DNA from: an uncultured Chloroflexia bacterium
GTDB lineage: Bacteria > Chloroflexota > Limnocylindria > Limnocylindrales > CSP1-4
DNA length: 64,000 nucleotides
Reading direction: 5' to 3'
NCBI GenBank assembly: GCA_963772565.1
Contig: CAVYXU010000033.1
Span: 5,323-69,322 of the forward strand
Below the pieces are notes generated by a model. The model did no database searches and was not told the DNA's origin. It was given only the letters and a program-made list of their open reading frames with translations. Both the position numbers and the translations under genes were made by a program. This document shows positions 21,824 to 31,817 of this stretch, piece by piece. Position 1 is the stretch's first letter, and each line of letters starts with the position of its first letter.

Positions 21824-23738
21824 ATGCCCCGCACGCCCCGCGAGTCCGATGCCGTCCCCGACGCCCAAGCAGCCCTCGACGAACCGGACGGCGCCGAAGA
21901 ACCCGCCGGCGCACCCGACGGAAGTGTCCATCCCTTCACCAACGCGCGACCTCGCCCGTGTGTTCCACGAGATCGGGGACATCCTCGAGGTCAAGGGCGA
22001 GCTGGTGTTCAAGACCGTCGCCTACCATCGCGCGGCCGACGCCATCGCGCGCGCCCCGTTCGACGTCGCGTCAGCGTACGCGGCAGGGGACCGCCGGCCG
22101 ATCGCCGGCGTCGGCAAGGCGATCGCGGACAAGATCACCGAGCTGGCGACGACCGGCCGGATGGCCGTCCACGACCGGCTGCGCGCGGAGATCCCGGCCA
22201 GCCTGGTGGGCCTGCTCCGGATCCCGGGCGTCGGCCCGAAGACGGTGCGCCTGGTCTACGAGGGGCTCGGTATCGAGAGCCTCGACGACCTTCGCCGCGC
22301 CGCGGAGGCGGGGCACCTTCGCGGGCTCCGGGGATTGTCGGTCGGCACCGAGGCCCGGATCCTGGAGGGGATCGCCCAGCTGGAATCGCGCCCGCAGCGG
22401 CTCCTGCTGGACCGGGCGCAGCAGCTCTCGGATGAGCTCGTGGCACGACTCTCCGGCGCGCCCGGCGTACACCGGGTCGTCCAGGCGGGGTCGCTGCGCC
22501 GGCGGCGTGAGACGATCGGGGACCTCGACCTGCTGGTCGAGACGGACGACCCCGCCGCTGTCGTCGAGCGATTCACCGGCCTGGGCGGCGTCGATCACGT
22601 GCTGGGCGCCGGCAGCGCGAAGGCGAGCATTCGCCTGGTGGACGGCCCGCAGGTGGACCTGATGATCATGCCGCCGGGCACGGCCGGCAGCTACCTCGTC
22701 CACTTCACCGGATCGGCCGAGCACAACGTCCACCTTCGTGGCCTGGCGCGCGATCGTGGCTGGAGCCTGTCCGAGAAGGGCTTCGTCCGGCTGGACGAGG
22801 ACGGACAACCCGTGCCGGGAGCCGAGGCGAGCCCCACGACGTTCCCGGACGAGCAGGGCGTCTACCGGTTCCTCGACCTCGACCTCATCGAGCCCGAGCT
22901 GCGCGAGGATCGCGGCGAGATCGAGGCGGCCCGCGACGGCCGGCTGCCGCAGCTGATCGCACGCGCCGACCTGCGCGGCGACCTGCATACGCACTCGAAC
23001 TGGAGCGACGGCGTCGACACGATCGAGCGGATGGCAGACACCGCCCGCCGGCTGGGCTACGCGTACCAGGTGCTGACCGACCATTCCCAGAGCCTCGGGA
23101 TCGCGCACGGGCTCGATCCGGATCGGGTGGAGGCGCAGCGCGGGATCATCGCGGCGCTCAACGCGCGCTTCGCCGCGGAAGAGGCGGCCGGACAGCGTCC
23201 CGAGGGAGCTGATCCCGCGGGCTTCCGGCTGCTCCATGGCTGCGAGCTCGAGGTTCGAGCCGACGGCCGCCTGGACTACGAGGACGATCTGCTCGCCCGC
23301 TTCGATGTCGTCGTCGCCTCGGTCCACGTGGCCCGCCGGCAGTCGCGGGCGGAGCTGACCGGTCGGACGCTCAATGCGATCCGGAGCCCGCACGTCGACG
23401 TGATCGCCCATCCGGCCGGCCGGATGATCCAGTCGCGCGACGACCTCGACCTGGATTGGGACGCCGTGTTCGAGGCAGCGGCGGCTACCGGGACCGCGCT
23501 CGAGATCAACGGCTCGCCGCACCGGCTCGACCTCTCGGCGGAACGGGCTCGCCGCGCGGTCGAGGCGGGCTGCCTGCTCTCGATCGACTCCGACGCCCAC
23601 CGCACCGAGGAGCTGGAATACGTTCGCTGGGGTGTCGACCAGGCGCGGCGCGGGTGGGTGGAGCCGCGCCACGTCCTCAACACGCGCACCCGCGACGACG
23701 TGCTGGCCTGGGTCGCCGGCAAGCCCTCGAGGGTCTGA
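21824..23738 (+). CDS. polX: DNA polymerase X / PHP 3'-5' exonuclease, probable frameshift near 21945
   Basis: HhH IAGVG and IPGVGPKT, GSLRRRRETIGDLD, HFTGSAEHN, PHP HTHSNWSDG and DSDAH. ATG 21824 gives ...FTNA, which joins DLARVFHEIGD. Confidence 0.93.
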
Positions 23739-23756
23739 GGGCGATAGGATCGGCTG

Positions 23757-24593
23757 GTGACGGTCAACCTCCCGGACGAGCCGATCCTGGCGCGACGCGA
23801 GCTGGTGCTCGTGGCCGTCGTGCTGGTCGCGATGGCGCGCCTGGTCGACCGGGCCGACGCGTTCCTGATGGCGGGGCTGCTGCCGCTGGCCGTGCTCCTT
23901 GCCGGGGCGAGCGTGCTGCGCCGGGACGACACCAAGGCGCGGGCGCTCGAAGGGCTGGTGATCCCGGCGGTGCTGACCGGCGGCGCCGCGGCCGCCATCC
24001 AGCTGGTGCCTGCCGGGCTGGGGCTGGTGCCCGCGCTGGCAGCCCTCGCCGTGCTCCTCGATCGCGTGGTCGCTCTCGAGGTGCGCCTCGCCGGCCAGGC
24101 GACCGGTCCGACGGACGCCGATCGGTCGCGAGTGCTGCTGGCCGCGGTGGTCACCGCGTTCATCGCCTTCACCGGGATCGCCGCGCTCGTCCCGGGCGGG
24201 CTGGTCGAGGCGGCAGGCAGCAACGGGTCCGCGGTCGGGGCCGGCCACGGCCTGTCCGAGGGCTGGCTCGCGGTCCTGGCGCTCGACGACGCGCTGCTGG
24301 CCCTGCTGCTGGGATACCGCCTGGCCACGTTCCGCTACGGGACGGTCCGTGATGCCGCGAGATCGGCGCTGACCTACGGGATCGTGATCGCAGTCGCGGC
24401 CGGCGCCGCGCGGGCCGTCGACCTTGCCGGACTGGTGGGTCCGGCCGTGCTGACGCTGGTGTTCTACCTGTGGGATGCGCTCCATGACACCGCCCCGGCG
24501 AGGCGCCGGGATCCGCGGTTCCTGTGGGAGACCATCCTGCTGTTCGCGCTTGCGATCGTCGTGATCGCCTGGAACCTCCGGCTGCGCGTTTGA
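23757..24593 (+). CDS. Hypothetical polytopic membrane protein (DUF5656-like)
   Basis: Several hydrophobic segments, LTLVFYLW, leaderless-type start. Confidence 0.6.
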   Translation: MTVNLPDEPILARRELVLVAVVLVAMARLVDRADAFLMAGLLPLAVLLAGASVLRRDDTKARALEGLVIPAVLTGGAAAAIQLVPAGLGLVPALAALAVLLDRVVALEVRLAGQATGPTDADRSRVLLAAVVTAFIAFTGIAALVPGGLVEAAGSNGSAVGAGHGLSEGWLAVLALDDALLALLLGYRLATFRYGTVRDAARSALTYGIVIAVAAGAARAVDLAGLVGPAVLTLVFYLWDALHDTAPARRRDPRFLWETILLFALAIVVIAWNLRLRV

Positions 24594-24707
24594 CGCGATC
24601 CACGGAGGGTGCTAGAAACACGTGCCCGTGCCTGACGCTGATTCGGCGCGTCTGTTGATGCGTCGCATGCCTCCCGCGTCCCGATGGACCGAAAGGACGA
24701 CCACTCC

Positions 24708-25565
24708 GTGACCTTCCCCGAGATCGACGCCGCAGCCCAGACGCCCGCGGGTCAGATGCGTCTCAAGCGCCAGCTGGCCGAGCAGGCGATTGCGCATGCG
24801 TCGGCCGCCCGCTGGAGCGATGCTGCCGAGACGAACCGCCGGCTGATCGAGCTCGGCGCCGATTCCGAGGCCGAGAACCGGCTGGCCAAGGCGCTGTGGG
24901 AGCTGGGCGAGCTGGGCTCGGCCCGCGAGCACTACCAGAAGGCGCTGGCGCTCGATCCGACAAACCGCATCGCCGAGCGCAACATCGACCGGCTCAAGGT
25001 GCTGCTGGTGGAGGCGGGAGAAAAGACGGTGCCCGCCCTCCAGGGATCGAAGGCGCCGGTGAGCATCTTCGTCGAGGAGACCGGCAAGACCGGGTTCGCG
25101 CACCTGACCAACCTCGCGCGCCCCGCGGAGCTGGCCCAGGTCAACCCGGGTGACGCGGTCGAGCTGATCCCGGAGTCGAACCGCCTGATCGCCATCAGCA
25201 ACGGGGTCCGCATCGGGATCGTCGAGCCGCGGGTGGCCGCCCGGCTGCTCAAGCTCATCGCCGACGGCAACAAGTACCTCGCCGGCGTGACCTCGCTCGG
25301 TGATCGCGACGTGCGGCTGATCATCCGCGAGGTGTTCCAGGACCCCCGCAACTACGGCAAGGTGAGCTTCCCGACCGCGGCGAAGTCCACCGACCTCCGC
25401 CCGTACACCAAGGGCACGCTCGTCCGCGAGGAAGAAGAGCTCGAGGAGGATCTCGAGGACGACATCGAGGACGAGGAGATCGAGAACCTCGAGCGTGTCC
25501 TGCCGCCGGAAGAGACGACGGACGAGGCCTTCGAGGAAGAGACGGACGACCTCGACGAGTCCTAG
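24708..25565 (+). CDS. TPR protein with central beta domain and acidic tail
   Basis: NRLAKALWELG...ALALDPTNRIA, FVEETGKT, D/E-rich C-terminus; SD AAGGA. Confidence 0.8.
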   Translation: MTFPEIDAAAQTPAGQMRLKRQLAEQAIAHASAARWSDAAETNRRLIELGADSEAENRLAKALWELGELGSAREHYQKALALDPTNRIAERNIDRLKVLLVEAGEKTVPALQGSKAPVSIFVEETGKTGFAHLTNLARPAELAQVNPGDAVELIPESNRLIAISNGVRIGIVEPRVAARLLKLIADGNKYLAGVTSLGDRDVRLIIREVFQDPRNYGKVSFPTAAKSTDLRPYTKGTLVREEEELEEDLEDDIEDEEIENLERVLPPEETTDEAFEEETDDLDES

Positions 25566-25636
25566 CCGGCGAGCGATCGCACGCGGCCTGGATCTGACCC
25601 CTTTCTCATTCAACCCCGTTCTCGCTCAGCCCCGTT

Positions 25637-25794
25637 CGTGTCATCCAGGATCCACGCGCCTGTACGTCATCGATGGCGCCCGCGCAGGGCCCGATTTCTG
25701 GACACCTGGGCCTGAGGCGGCTGGCTGACCCGACCTGACGACCGGGAAGGGGGCATCGAGCGGTCGAACAGCCGCCTGGATACTCGTTGACACG
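25637..25794. ncRNA. Candidate rod-shaped structured RNA (6S-like size), strand uncertain
   Basis: Nested complementary blocks cgtgtca/tgacacg, tccagg/cctgga, ctgt/acag and tcgatg/catcga in an intergenic gap. Confidence 0.3.
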
Positions 25795-25974
25795 GATCTG
25801 GCTCGCCCGAGCGGCGGCGTGATCCGGGCGGCGGCGGTTGCCCGATGGCCGCCGCGCGATGAGCCTCCGGGCACGGAAATCGTTCGCTCGCGGCCTTCCG
25901 CGAGGTGACCTTCGGACCGGGGCCCCCTGATCCGCGCGCTGTAGCGTCGCGCCGATAAGGAGGCCTCCCCCGAC

Positions 25975-27195
25975 ATGCCCAACCTCGACACCGGGAACAC
26001 CGCGTTCATGCTGCTGTGCAGCAGCCTGGTCATGCTCATGACGCCCGGTCTGGCGTTCTTCTACGGGGGTCTGGTCGGCCGCCGGAACGTCCTCGCGATC
26101 ATGATGCAGTCGTTCGTCTCGATGGGCTGGACCACCGTGATCTGGTTTGCGGTCGGGTACTCACTGTGCTTCTCGGGTGATGTGGGCGGCGTCATCGGCA
26201 ACCTCGACAAGGCGTTCCTCAACGGCGTCTCGCTCACGAGCGTGTCGCCCAACGATTCGATCCCCGAGCTGGTGTTCGTCGCCTACCAGATGATGTTCGC
26301 GGTCATCACCCCTGCCCTGATCACCGGTGCCTTTGCGAACCGGGTCACGTTCAAGGCGTACATGGCCTTCCTGACCCTGTGGCTCCTGTTCGTCTACTTC
26401 CCGTTCGTCCACATGATCTGGGGCGGCGGCGTGTTGCAGCAGTGGGGCGTCCTGGACTTCGCCGGCGGGATCGTCGTGCACAACGTCGCCGGAATGGCCG
26501 CGCTCGCGTCTGTCCTGTATGTCGGCCGGCGCAAGGTGCTCGAGGGTGGACCGCACAGCATTCCGCTGGTCGCCCTGGGCACCGGGCTCCTGTGGTTCGG
26601 CTGGTACGGCTTCAACGCCGGCAGCGAGTTCCGCGTGGACTCGGTCACGGCCGTCGCATTCATCAACACCGACATCGCGGCGTCGTTCGCGGCCGTCATC
26701 TGGCTCCTCATCGGCTGGTGGCGTGACCGGCGGCCGACCTTCGTCGGGCTGCTCACCGGCGCGGTGGCCGGGCTCGCGACGATCACGCCGGCGGCGGGCT
26801 ACGTGTCGCCGACGACTGCCGCGATCATCGGTCTCGCTGCCGGGGCGGTGTGCTACAGCGCCGTGGCGCTCAAGAACCGGCTCCATTGGGACGACGCGCT
26901 GGATGTGTGGGGCGTCCACGGCGTGGGCGGGTTCCTGGGCATCATCCTGCTGGGCGTGTTCGCTACCACCACGTTCAACCCGGCCGGGACCGACGGGCTG
27001 CTCGCCGGCAACGCATCGTTCTTCTTCAAGCAGCTCGTCGCGGTTGTCGGCTCATCGGTGTGGGCCTTCGCGTTCACCTACGGAATGCTGTGGCTCATCG
27101 GCCGGGTCACGCCGGTCAAGGTCGATGCGCTGGCGGAGGAGCAGGGGCTCGACGCCGCGCTCCATGGCGAGACCGCGTATCTCGAAGCCGGCTAA
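25975..27195 (+). CDS. amtB: Ammonium transporter
   Basis: LMTPGLAFFYGG, DFAGGIVVH, WFGWYGFNAGS, DDALDVWGVHG; SD AAGGAGG. Confidence 0.96.
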   Translation: MPNLDTGNTAFMLLCSSLVMLMTPGLAFFYGGLVGRRNVLAIMMQSFVSMGWTTVIWFAVGYSLCFSGDVGGVIGNLDKAFLNGVSLTSVSPNDSIPELVFVAYQMMFAVITPALITGAFANRVTFKAYMAFLTLWLLFVYFPFVHMIWGGGVLQQWGVLDFAGGIVVHNVAGMAALASVLYVGRRKVLEGGPHSIPLVALGTGLLWFGWYGFNAGSEFRVDSVTAVAFINTDIAASFAAVIWLLIGWWRDRRPTFVGLLTGAVAGLATITPAAGYVSPTTAAIIGLAAGAVCYSAVALKNRLHWDDALDVWGVHGVGGFLGIILLGVFATTTFNPAGTDGLLAGNASFFFKQLVAVVGSSVWAFAFTYGMLWLIGRVTPVKVDALAEEQGLDAALHGETAYLEAG

Positions 27196-27277
27196 GGCTC
27201 GTTCCCGCTCGGCCAGCGGCACGACATCGGCAGCGCCGCGCTCCCGCCATCGCGACGCCTCTGCGACAATCCGGCGG

Positions 27278-30031
27278 ATGGTCGGTCGAGCGTTGCTCCT
27301 GCGTGCCGAGCCGGGTTTCAGCCTCCCGGCCTTCGAGCGGTTCGCGCCACCGCCGCCTCCCGCGATGGTCGCGGCGCGCCTCGACGCTGGCTCGGGCCCC
27401 GGCGACATCGTGCTGGACATGTTCGGGCGCGGCGGCTGGATCGCGCGCGCCGCCATCGACCGCCAGCGCAAGGCGGTGAGCCTCGAGACGACCCCGCTCG
27501 ACCGCCTGCTGGCGGAGATCGTCCTTCGACCGCCCGACCTGCGCCATTTCGATGCCGCGGTCCAGGCCCTGGCGGCATCCGCGCGCCGGGATTCGAGCCT
27601 CAAGGCGTCGATCAACGATCGCTTCGCGAGCCACTGCGCGACCTGCGACCGGCCGGTGATCCTGGACGAGGTCACCTGGACAGTCGAGAGCGTCGACGAG
27701 GACGGGCGTCCCGCGGGTCCGCAGCCGGTGCGCAAGCAATACCGCTGCCGGATCTGCCGCGACCAGCTCGGCGGCGCGGAGCAGCGCCAGGCGCCGGTCG
27801 ATGCGCAGGATGTCACGCTCGCCGTCGCGGACCCCGACGAGACGGCTGCGCGAGCGCGCCTGCGCGAGCGCTTCCCGGTCCTCGACGGCGGCGAGGCACT
27901 GCCGGACGAGCTCCTGGATCTCCACACGCCCCGGCAGCTGGCAGCCCTGGACGCGATCCTCGAGCGCGTGGAGGGTGACCTCCGGGCCGCACCGATCGCG
28001 GCCGCGTTGCGCCTCGCGTTTCTTCACGCACTGGCTCCCGCGAGCCGGCTGGCGACCTCGCCCGGCCGCGTCGCCCCGCTGCGCATTGCCGCCGGTCACG
28101 TGAAGCTGCCAGGCAGCGCGCACTGGCGGGAGCGCAACCCATGGCTCGCCTTCGAGGATGGTGTCCGGCTCGTGCGGGGCTTCGTCCAGCGGCTGGAGAG
28201 CGGCGCGTGGGGACCCGTGCCGGCCCGGCTGGGTGACGACCTTCGAGGCCTGGTCGAGGGGTCGGCCACGGCCGTCGTCAAGCTGGCCACGCCGGCATCG
28301 TTCAGCGCCCTCCAGCTCGAGGCGGAGCACCTCGCCGGGTCGGCGATCGTGCCCCGCGTGCGGATGGTCCTGGGCACGCCTCCGCCCCGTCCGTCGCCGG
28401 AGCGCCTCGCATGGGCGTACCAGGCAACGGCGTGGGTCCTCGGTCGTGAGGCTGCGGCGATGCTTGCCCTCGAGCCGCTGTTCGGACCGGCGGTCCGGCC
28501 CACCTGGGGCTGGCAGGCGGCCGCGCTGACGAGATCGCTGCGCGGGATCGAGCCGATCCTGGACCGTGACGCGCGGATCGTGTTCCTGCTCGAGGGTGAC
28601 GATGCGCAGGGGCTGGTGGCCACGGTGCTCGGCGGGGTCACGGCCGGCTACCGGCTGGCGAGTGCCCGGCTGCCCGAGGTCGGGCGTCAGGAAGGTGGCG
28701 TGGTGGAGCTGGTGCCGCCCGGCTCCGGTGCCGTCCCAGGCGGCCCGCGAACACGGGCAAACGTGACGCTGCCGCCCGTTCCCGGCCGCGCCGGTGATCC
28801 GGATCTGGTGCCCGCCGAGCGGTTGTTCGCGCCTCCGCAGCGTGCGGTCAACGCGCCGTTCTCGGCGCCGGATGCGGCGAGCGCGGTGGTATCGGCCGCC
28901 GTCGACGTGCTCAAGCTGCGCGGCGAGCCGGTGGGCCTCGACGGCCTGCTCGGCGAGATCCTGGTTGGCCTGGATCGGGCTGGACACCTGCGGCGCCTGG
29001 TTCGCCCGCCGTCACCACCGGATCCGACGGCCACAGCCGATGCTGCGGCAGGCGGTGAGCCCATCGAGAAGGAGGCGAACGGCGCGGCAGCGGGCGATCC
29101 AGCGGGCGGAAGCGACGGTCCGGCGGTGGTCGGGGCGGATCCGGCGGTCGATCACGTGGACAGGCTCCTGACGCTGGTGCGGGACGCGCTCGAAGGCGAC
29201 GGGGAACGCCGGCTGGTCCGGCTTGACGGCGACCGCTGGTGGCTGGCGGACCGGGTGGATCGCGATGGCGCCGCGGTTTCGCTCGCGGATCGCGTGGAGT
29301 GGGCGGTATACAGCCTGCTGTCGACGTCGGGACCGATGTCGGAAGCCGCCTTCCTCGAGCGGATCGCCGGCATGTTCACCGGGCCGGATCTGCCCGACGA
29401 GGCGCTCGTGCGCGCCTGCCTCGGCAGCTACCGGAGCCGCGCCAGCACGACCGACCACCTGTTCACCACCGACGACCTCGTCCGCAGGAGCCAGGAGCAC
29501 GGGCAGGAGATCGCCCGCCTCGTCGATCTCGGCCACCGGATGGGCTTCGCCTGCTGGATCGGTGCCCGCCAGCAGACGCGCCGCATCGAAGGGGTGCCGC
29601 TGTCCGATCTCCTCGATGATCGCGAGCTGGCCGGCCCCCCATACCTCGGCCGGATCCGCGCCGAGGACCTCGAGGAGGTGGACGTGATCTGGTACGTCCG
29701 TGGCCGGGCGGCCTTCCTGTGGGAGGTCGAGTGGACGGCGATGCTCAGCGAGACCGTCCTTCGCCGTCACGGCCGCATCCCCGCCGACGACCGCCTGGTG
29801 CGGTTCCTGGTCGTGCTGCCCGAGCGCGCCGAGCTCGTGCGCCACAAGCTCGAACGGTCGCCGCTGCTCCGGGCCGAGCTCGAGGAGGGCGCCTGGCACG
29901 TGCTCAAGGCGAACCACCTGCGGGAGTGGGCCGGTCGCGAGGACGCCTCGCTCGCGGACCTTGAGCCCCTGCTCGGGCTCGATCCCGCGGTTGAGCGAAC
30001 GGGTGATCAGCTGGCCATGTTCGGCGGCTGA
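27278..30031 (+). CDS. Large degenerate DNA methyltransferase-like protein with Zn ribbon and C-terminal PD-(D/E)XK-like domain
   Basis: GDIVLDMFGRGG (motif I-like), CATC/CRIC, GTPPP in place of DPPY, VDVIWY...LWEVEWT. Confidence 0.6.
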   Translation: MVGRALLLRAEPGFSLPAFERFAPPPPPAMVAARLDAGSGPGDIVLDMFGRGGWIARAAIDRQRKAVSLETTPLDRLLAEIVLRPPDLRHFDAAVQALAASARRDSSLKASINDRFASHCATCDRPVILDEVTWTVESVDEDGRPAGPQPVRKQYRCRICRDQLGGAEQRQAPVDAQDVTLAVADPDETAARARLRERFPVLDGGEALPDELLDLHTPRQLAALDAILERVEGDLRAAPIAAALRLAFLHALAPASRLATSPGRVAPLRIAAGHVKLPGSAHWRERNPWLAFEDGVRLVRGFVQRLESGAWGPVPARLGDDLRGLVEGSATAVVKLATPASFSALQLEAEHLAGSAIVPRVRMVLGTPPPRPSPERLAWAYQATAWVLGREAAAMLALEPLFGPAVRPTWGWQAAALTRSLRGIEPILDRDARIVFLLEGDDAQGLVATVLGGVTAGYRLASARLPEVGRQEGGVVELVPPGSGAVPGGPRTRANVTLPPVPGRAGDPDLVPAERLFAPPQRAVNAPFSAPDAASAVVSAAVDVLKLRGEPVGLDGLLGEILVGLDRAGHLRRLVRPPSPPDPTATADAAAGGEPIEKEANGAAAGDPAGGSDGPAVVGADPAVDHVDRLLTLVRDALEGDGERRLVRLDGDRWWLADRVDRDGAAVSLADRVEWAVYSLLSTSGPMSEAAFLERIAGMFTGPDLPDEALVRACLGSYRSRASTTDHLFTTDDLVRRSQEHGQEIARLVDLGHRMGFACWIGARQQTRRIEGVPLSDLLDDRELAGPPYLGRIRAEDLEEVDVIWYVRGRAAFLWEVEWTAMLSETVLRRHGRIPADDRLVRFLVVLPERAELVRHKLERSPLLRAELEEGAWHVLKANHLREWAGREDASLADLEPLLGLDPAVERTGDQLAMFGG

Positions 30032-30150
30032 CCGGGCTCGGGCGGCTGGCCCTGTTCGGCGGCTGACCGGGCTCGGGCGGCTGGCCCTGTTCGGCGGCTG
30101 ACCGGGCTCGGGCGCCTGGCCCTGTTCGGCGGTTGGCCGGCCGGGCGGCC
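30011..30150. repeat. 35-bp tandem repeat, three full copies plus one degenerate
   Basis: ctggcc(a/c)tgttcggcggctgaccgggctcgggcg(g/c) at 30011, 30046 and 30081; degenerate copy at 30116. Confidence 0.9.
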
Positions 30151-31569
30151 TCAGCTGTCGAAGCCGATGCCCAGGGCGTCGAGCGTGCGCAGGATCAGGC
30201 TGCGGCGGCCGCTCTCGGCGTCCGCCCGGATCACCTCGCGTCGCATCAGCTCCACGACCGGCGTCCGGGCCGGCTCCGGCGGGATGGGGAACGGCGGCGA
30301 GTTGACGAACCGCAGCCGCAGCAGCGGCGAGTCGGGCCGCAGCAGCCGGTCCCTGACGATCCCGGCCGCCCAGCGGGAGGCGCCGACACCGAGCCCCGTA
30401 TAGCCGAGCGCGTAGTGGACGCGACCGCCGAGCAGCTCGCCGAAGGTCACCGTGAACCGCGTGGTCGTATCGATCGCGCCGCCCCAGCGGTGCTCGAACC
30501 GGATCCCGTCCAGCTGCGGAAACGCGTCGACGAAGTGGCGGGCGAGCGCCTCGAACGTGTCGGGTCGCTGGTCGTGCGCGGGATCGACCCGGTTGCCCGG
30601 ATGGTAGATCGCGTCATAGCCGCCCCACAGGATCCGGTTGTCGGCCGTCTGCCGGAAGTAGTGGAACTGGTTGCCTGCGTCGGACATCCCCTCGCGGCCA
30701 CGCCAGCCGATCGATGCCTGCTGGCTGGACGACAGGGGCTCGGTGACCAGCACATAGTCGTACACGGGCACGAACAGCGGCACCAGGCGCCGGATCCACC
30801 CGCTGTACGCGGACGTCGCGACGACGACGTGGGCTGCATCCACGACGCCGCCCCCATCGATCTCTGCCCGGACACCGCGAGCGTGCCGGTGCAGCGCGAC
30901 GACGCGGCTGTGCTCGGCGACGACCGCCCCGCGCCGTTCCGCGGACCCGGCGAGCCCCCATGCGAGCCGGGCCGGGTTCACCATCACGTTCCGTTCCGGT
31001 CCTGCACGCACGCCCGCCAGCCAGCGCGGCGAGTGTACGGTCGCCTGGATCGCCTCGCGGTCGAGCAGCTCGAGCCGGACGCCATGGCGGGCCGCCAGCT
31101 CGACGTGATCGCGGAGGTCCTCGGCCTCGTGCGGCGCCACGGCGACGTCGAGCGATCCGGTCGCCTCGAGCTCGCAGTCGATCCCCTCGGACCGCACGAA
31201 CGCAACCAGCGCGGCCAGGTTTGCGACGCCCTCGCGCTCGAGGATGTCGAGCTCGTCCGGGTAGTGCAGCAGGGCATTGGCGAGGCCGTGGGTCAGCGAG
31301 GAGGCACAGAACCCGCCGTTCCGCCCGCTCGCGCCCCAGCCGACCCGGTCGGCCTCGAGCACGACGACCCGCAGCGAGGGCTCGGTGTCGAGCAGCTGGA
31401 TCGCCGTCCACAGGCCCGTGAACCCGGCGCCGATGATCGCGACGTCCGCGCGGATGGTGCCCCGGACGGGCGGGCGAACCGGGCCTGGATCACCGGTGGT
31501 GTACCAGTAGCTGCCGCCCGCAGGCGGGGCGTCCGCCTGGCCGGACGCCGTTCCGAAGGGAATCATCAT
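30151..31569 (-). CDS. FAD-dependent oxidoreductase (PuuB/DadA family)
   Basis: IIGAGFTGLWTA, GASGRNGG, WGGAID, GYTGLGVGA. Confidence 0.88.
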   Translation of the reverse strand: MMIPFGTASGQADAPPAGGSYWYTTGDPGPVRPPVRGTIRADVAIIGAGFTGLWTAIQLLDTEPSLRVVVLEADRVGWGASGRNGGFCASSLTHGLANALLHYPDELDILEREGVANLAALVAFVRSEGIDCELEATGSLDVAVAPHEAEDLRDHVELAARHGVRLELLDREAIQATVHSPRWLAGVRAGPERNVMVNPARLAWGLAGSAERRGAVVAEHSRVVALHRHARGVRAEIDGGGVVDAAHVVVATSAYSGWIRRLVPLFVPVYDYVLVTEPLSSSQQASIGWRGREGMSDAGNQFHYFRQTADNRILWGGYDAIYHPGNRVDPAHDQRPDTFEALARHFVDAFPQLDGIRFEHRWGGAIDTTTRFTVTFGELLGGRVHYALGYTGLGVGASRWAAGIVRDRLLRPDSPLLRLRFVNSPPFPIPPEPARTPVVELMRREVIRADAESGRRSLILRTLDALGIGFDS

Positions 31570-31657
31570 GGCCCCAATGTACGCGGATCACCAACCGGAT
31601 GACCGCCAGGACCTGCGGTATTCGTGTCCAGATGGCCATTGTGTTGCGAGATTCGTG

Positions 31658-31714
31658 TTGACGGCGCCGACGGCCGTGTGGCAGGATCGGACCCATCGTT
31701 CCACTGTCCGCAAC
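31658..31714 (+). promoter_or_regulatory. Putative promoter plus IclR-type operator
   Basis: TTGACG at 31658, TG-n-CAGGAT at about 31679-31687, imperfect palindrome GTTCCACTGTCCGCAAC at 31698-31714. Confidence 0.4.
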
Positions 31715-31817
31715 GCGTGTCCCGGGATGTGCACCCACCGGCACTCGGCGCGGACACCTGCCGTCGCGCCGCCAGCGGCGCGCTCGTTCCCGCGGCGGGA
31801 CTGCACCTGGAGGGATC

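Noticed and set aside
25876-25925. glnA glutamine riboswitch before amt (AUCGUUC plus a hairpin)
   Set aside because: Lacks the GGAAGUA junction, E-loop and closing GAACG strand.
26519-27277. N-terminal extension of the 1170-aa ORF
   Set aside because: Off-frame overlap with amt and Ser/Arg-rich composition; the likely start is 27278.
30011-30150. CRISPR array
   Set aside because: Head-to-tail repeats with no spacers.
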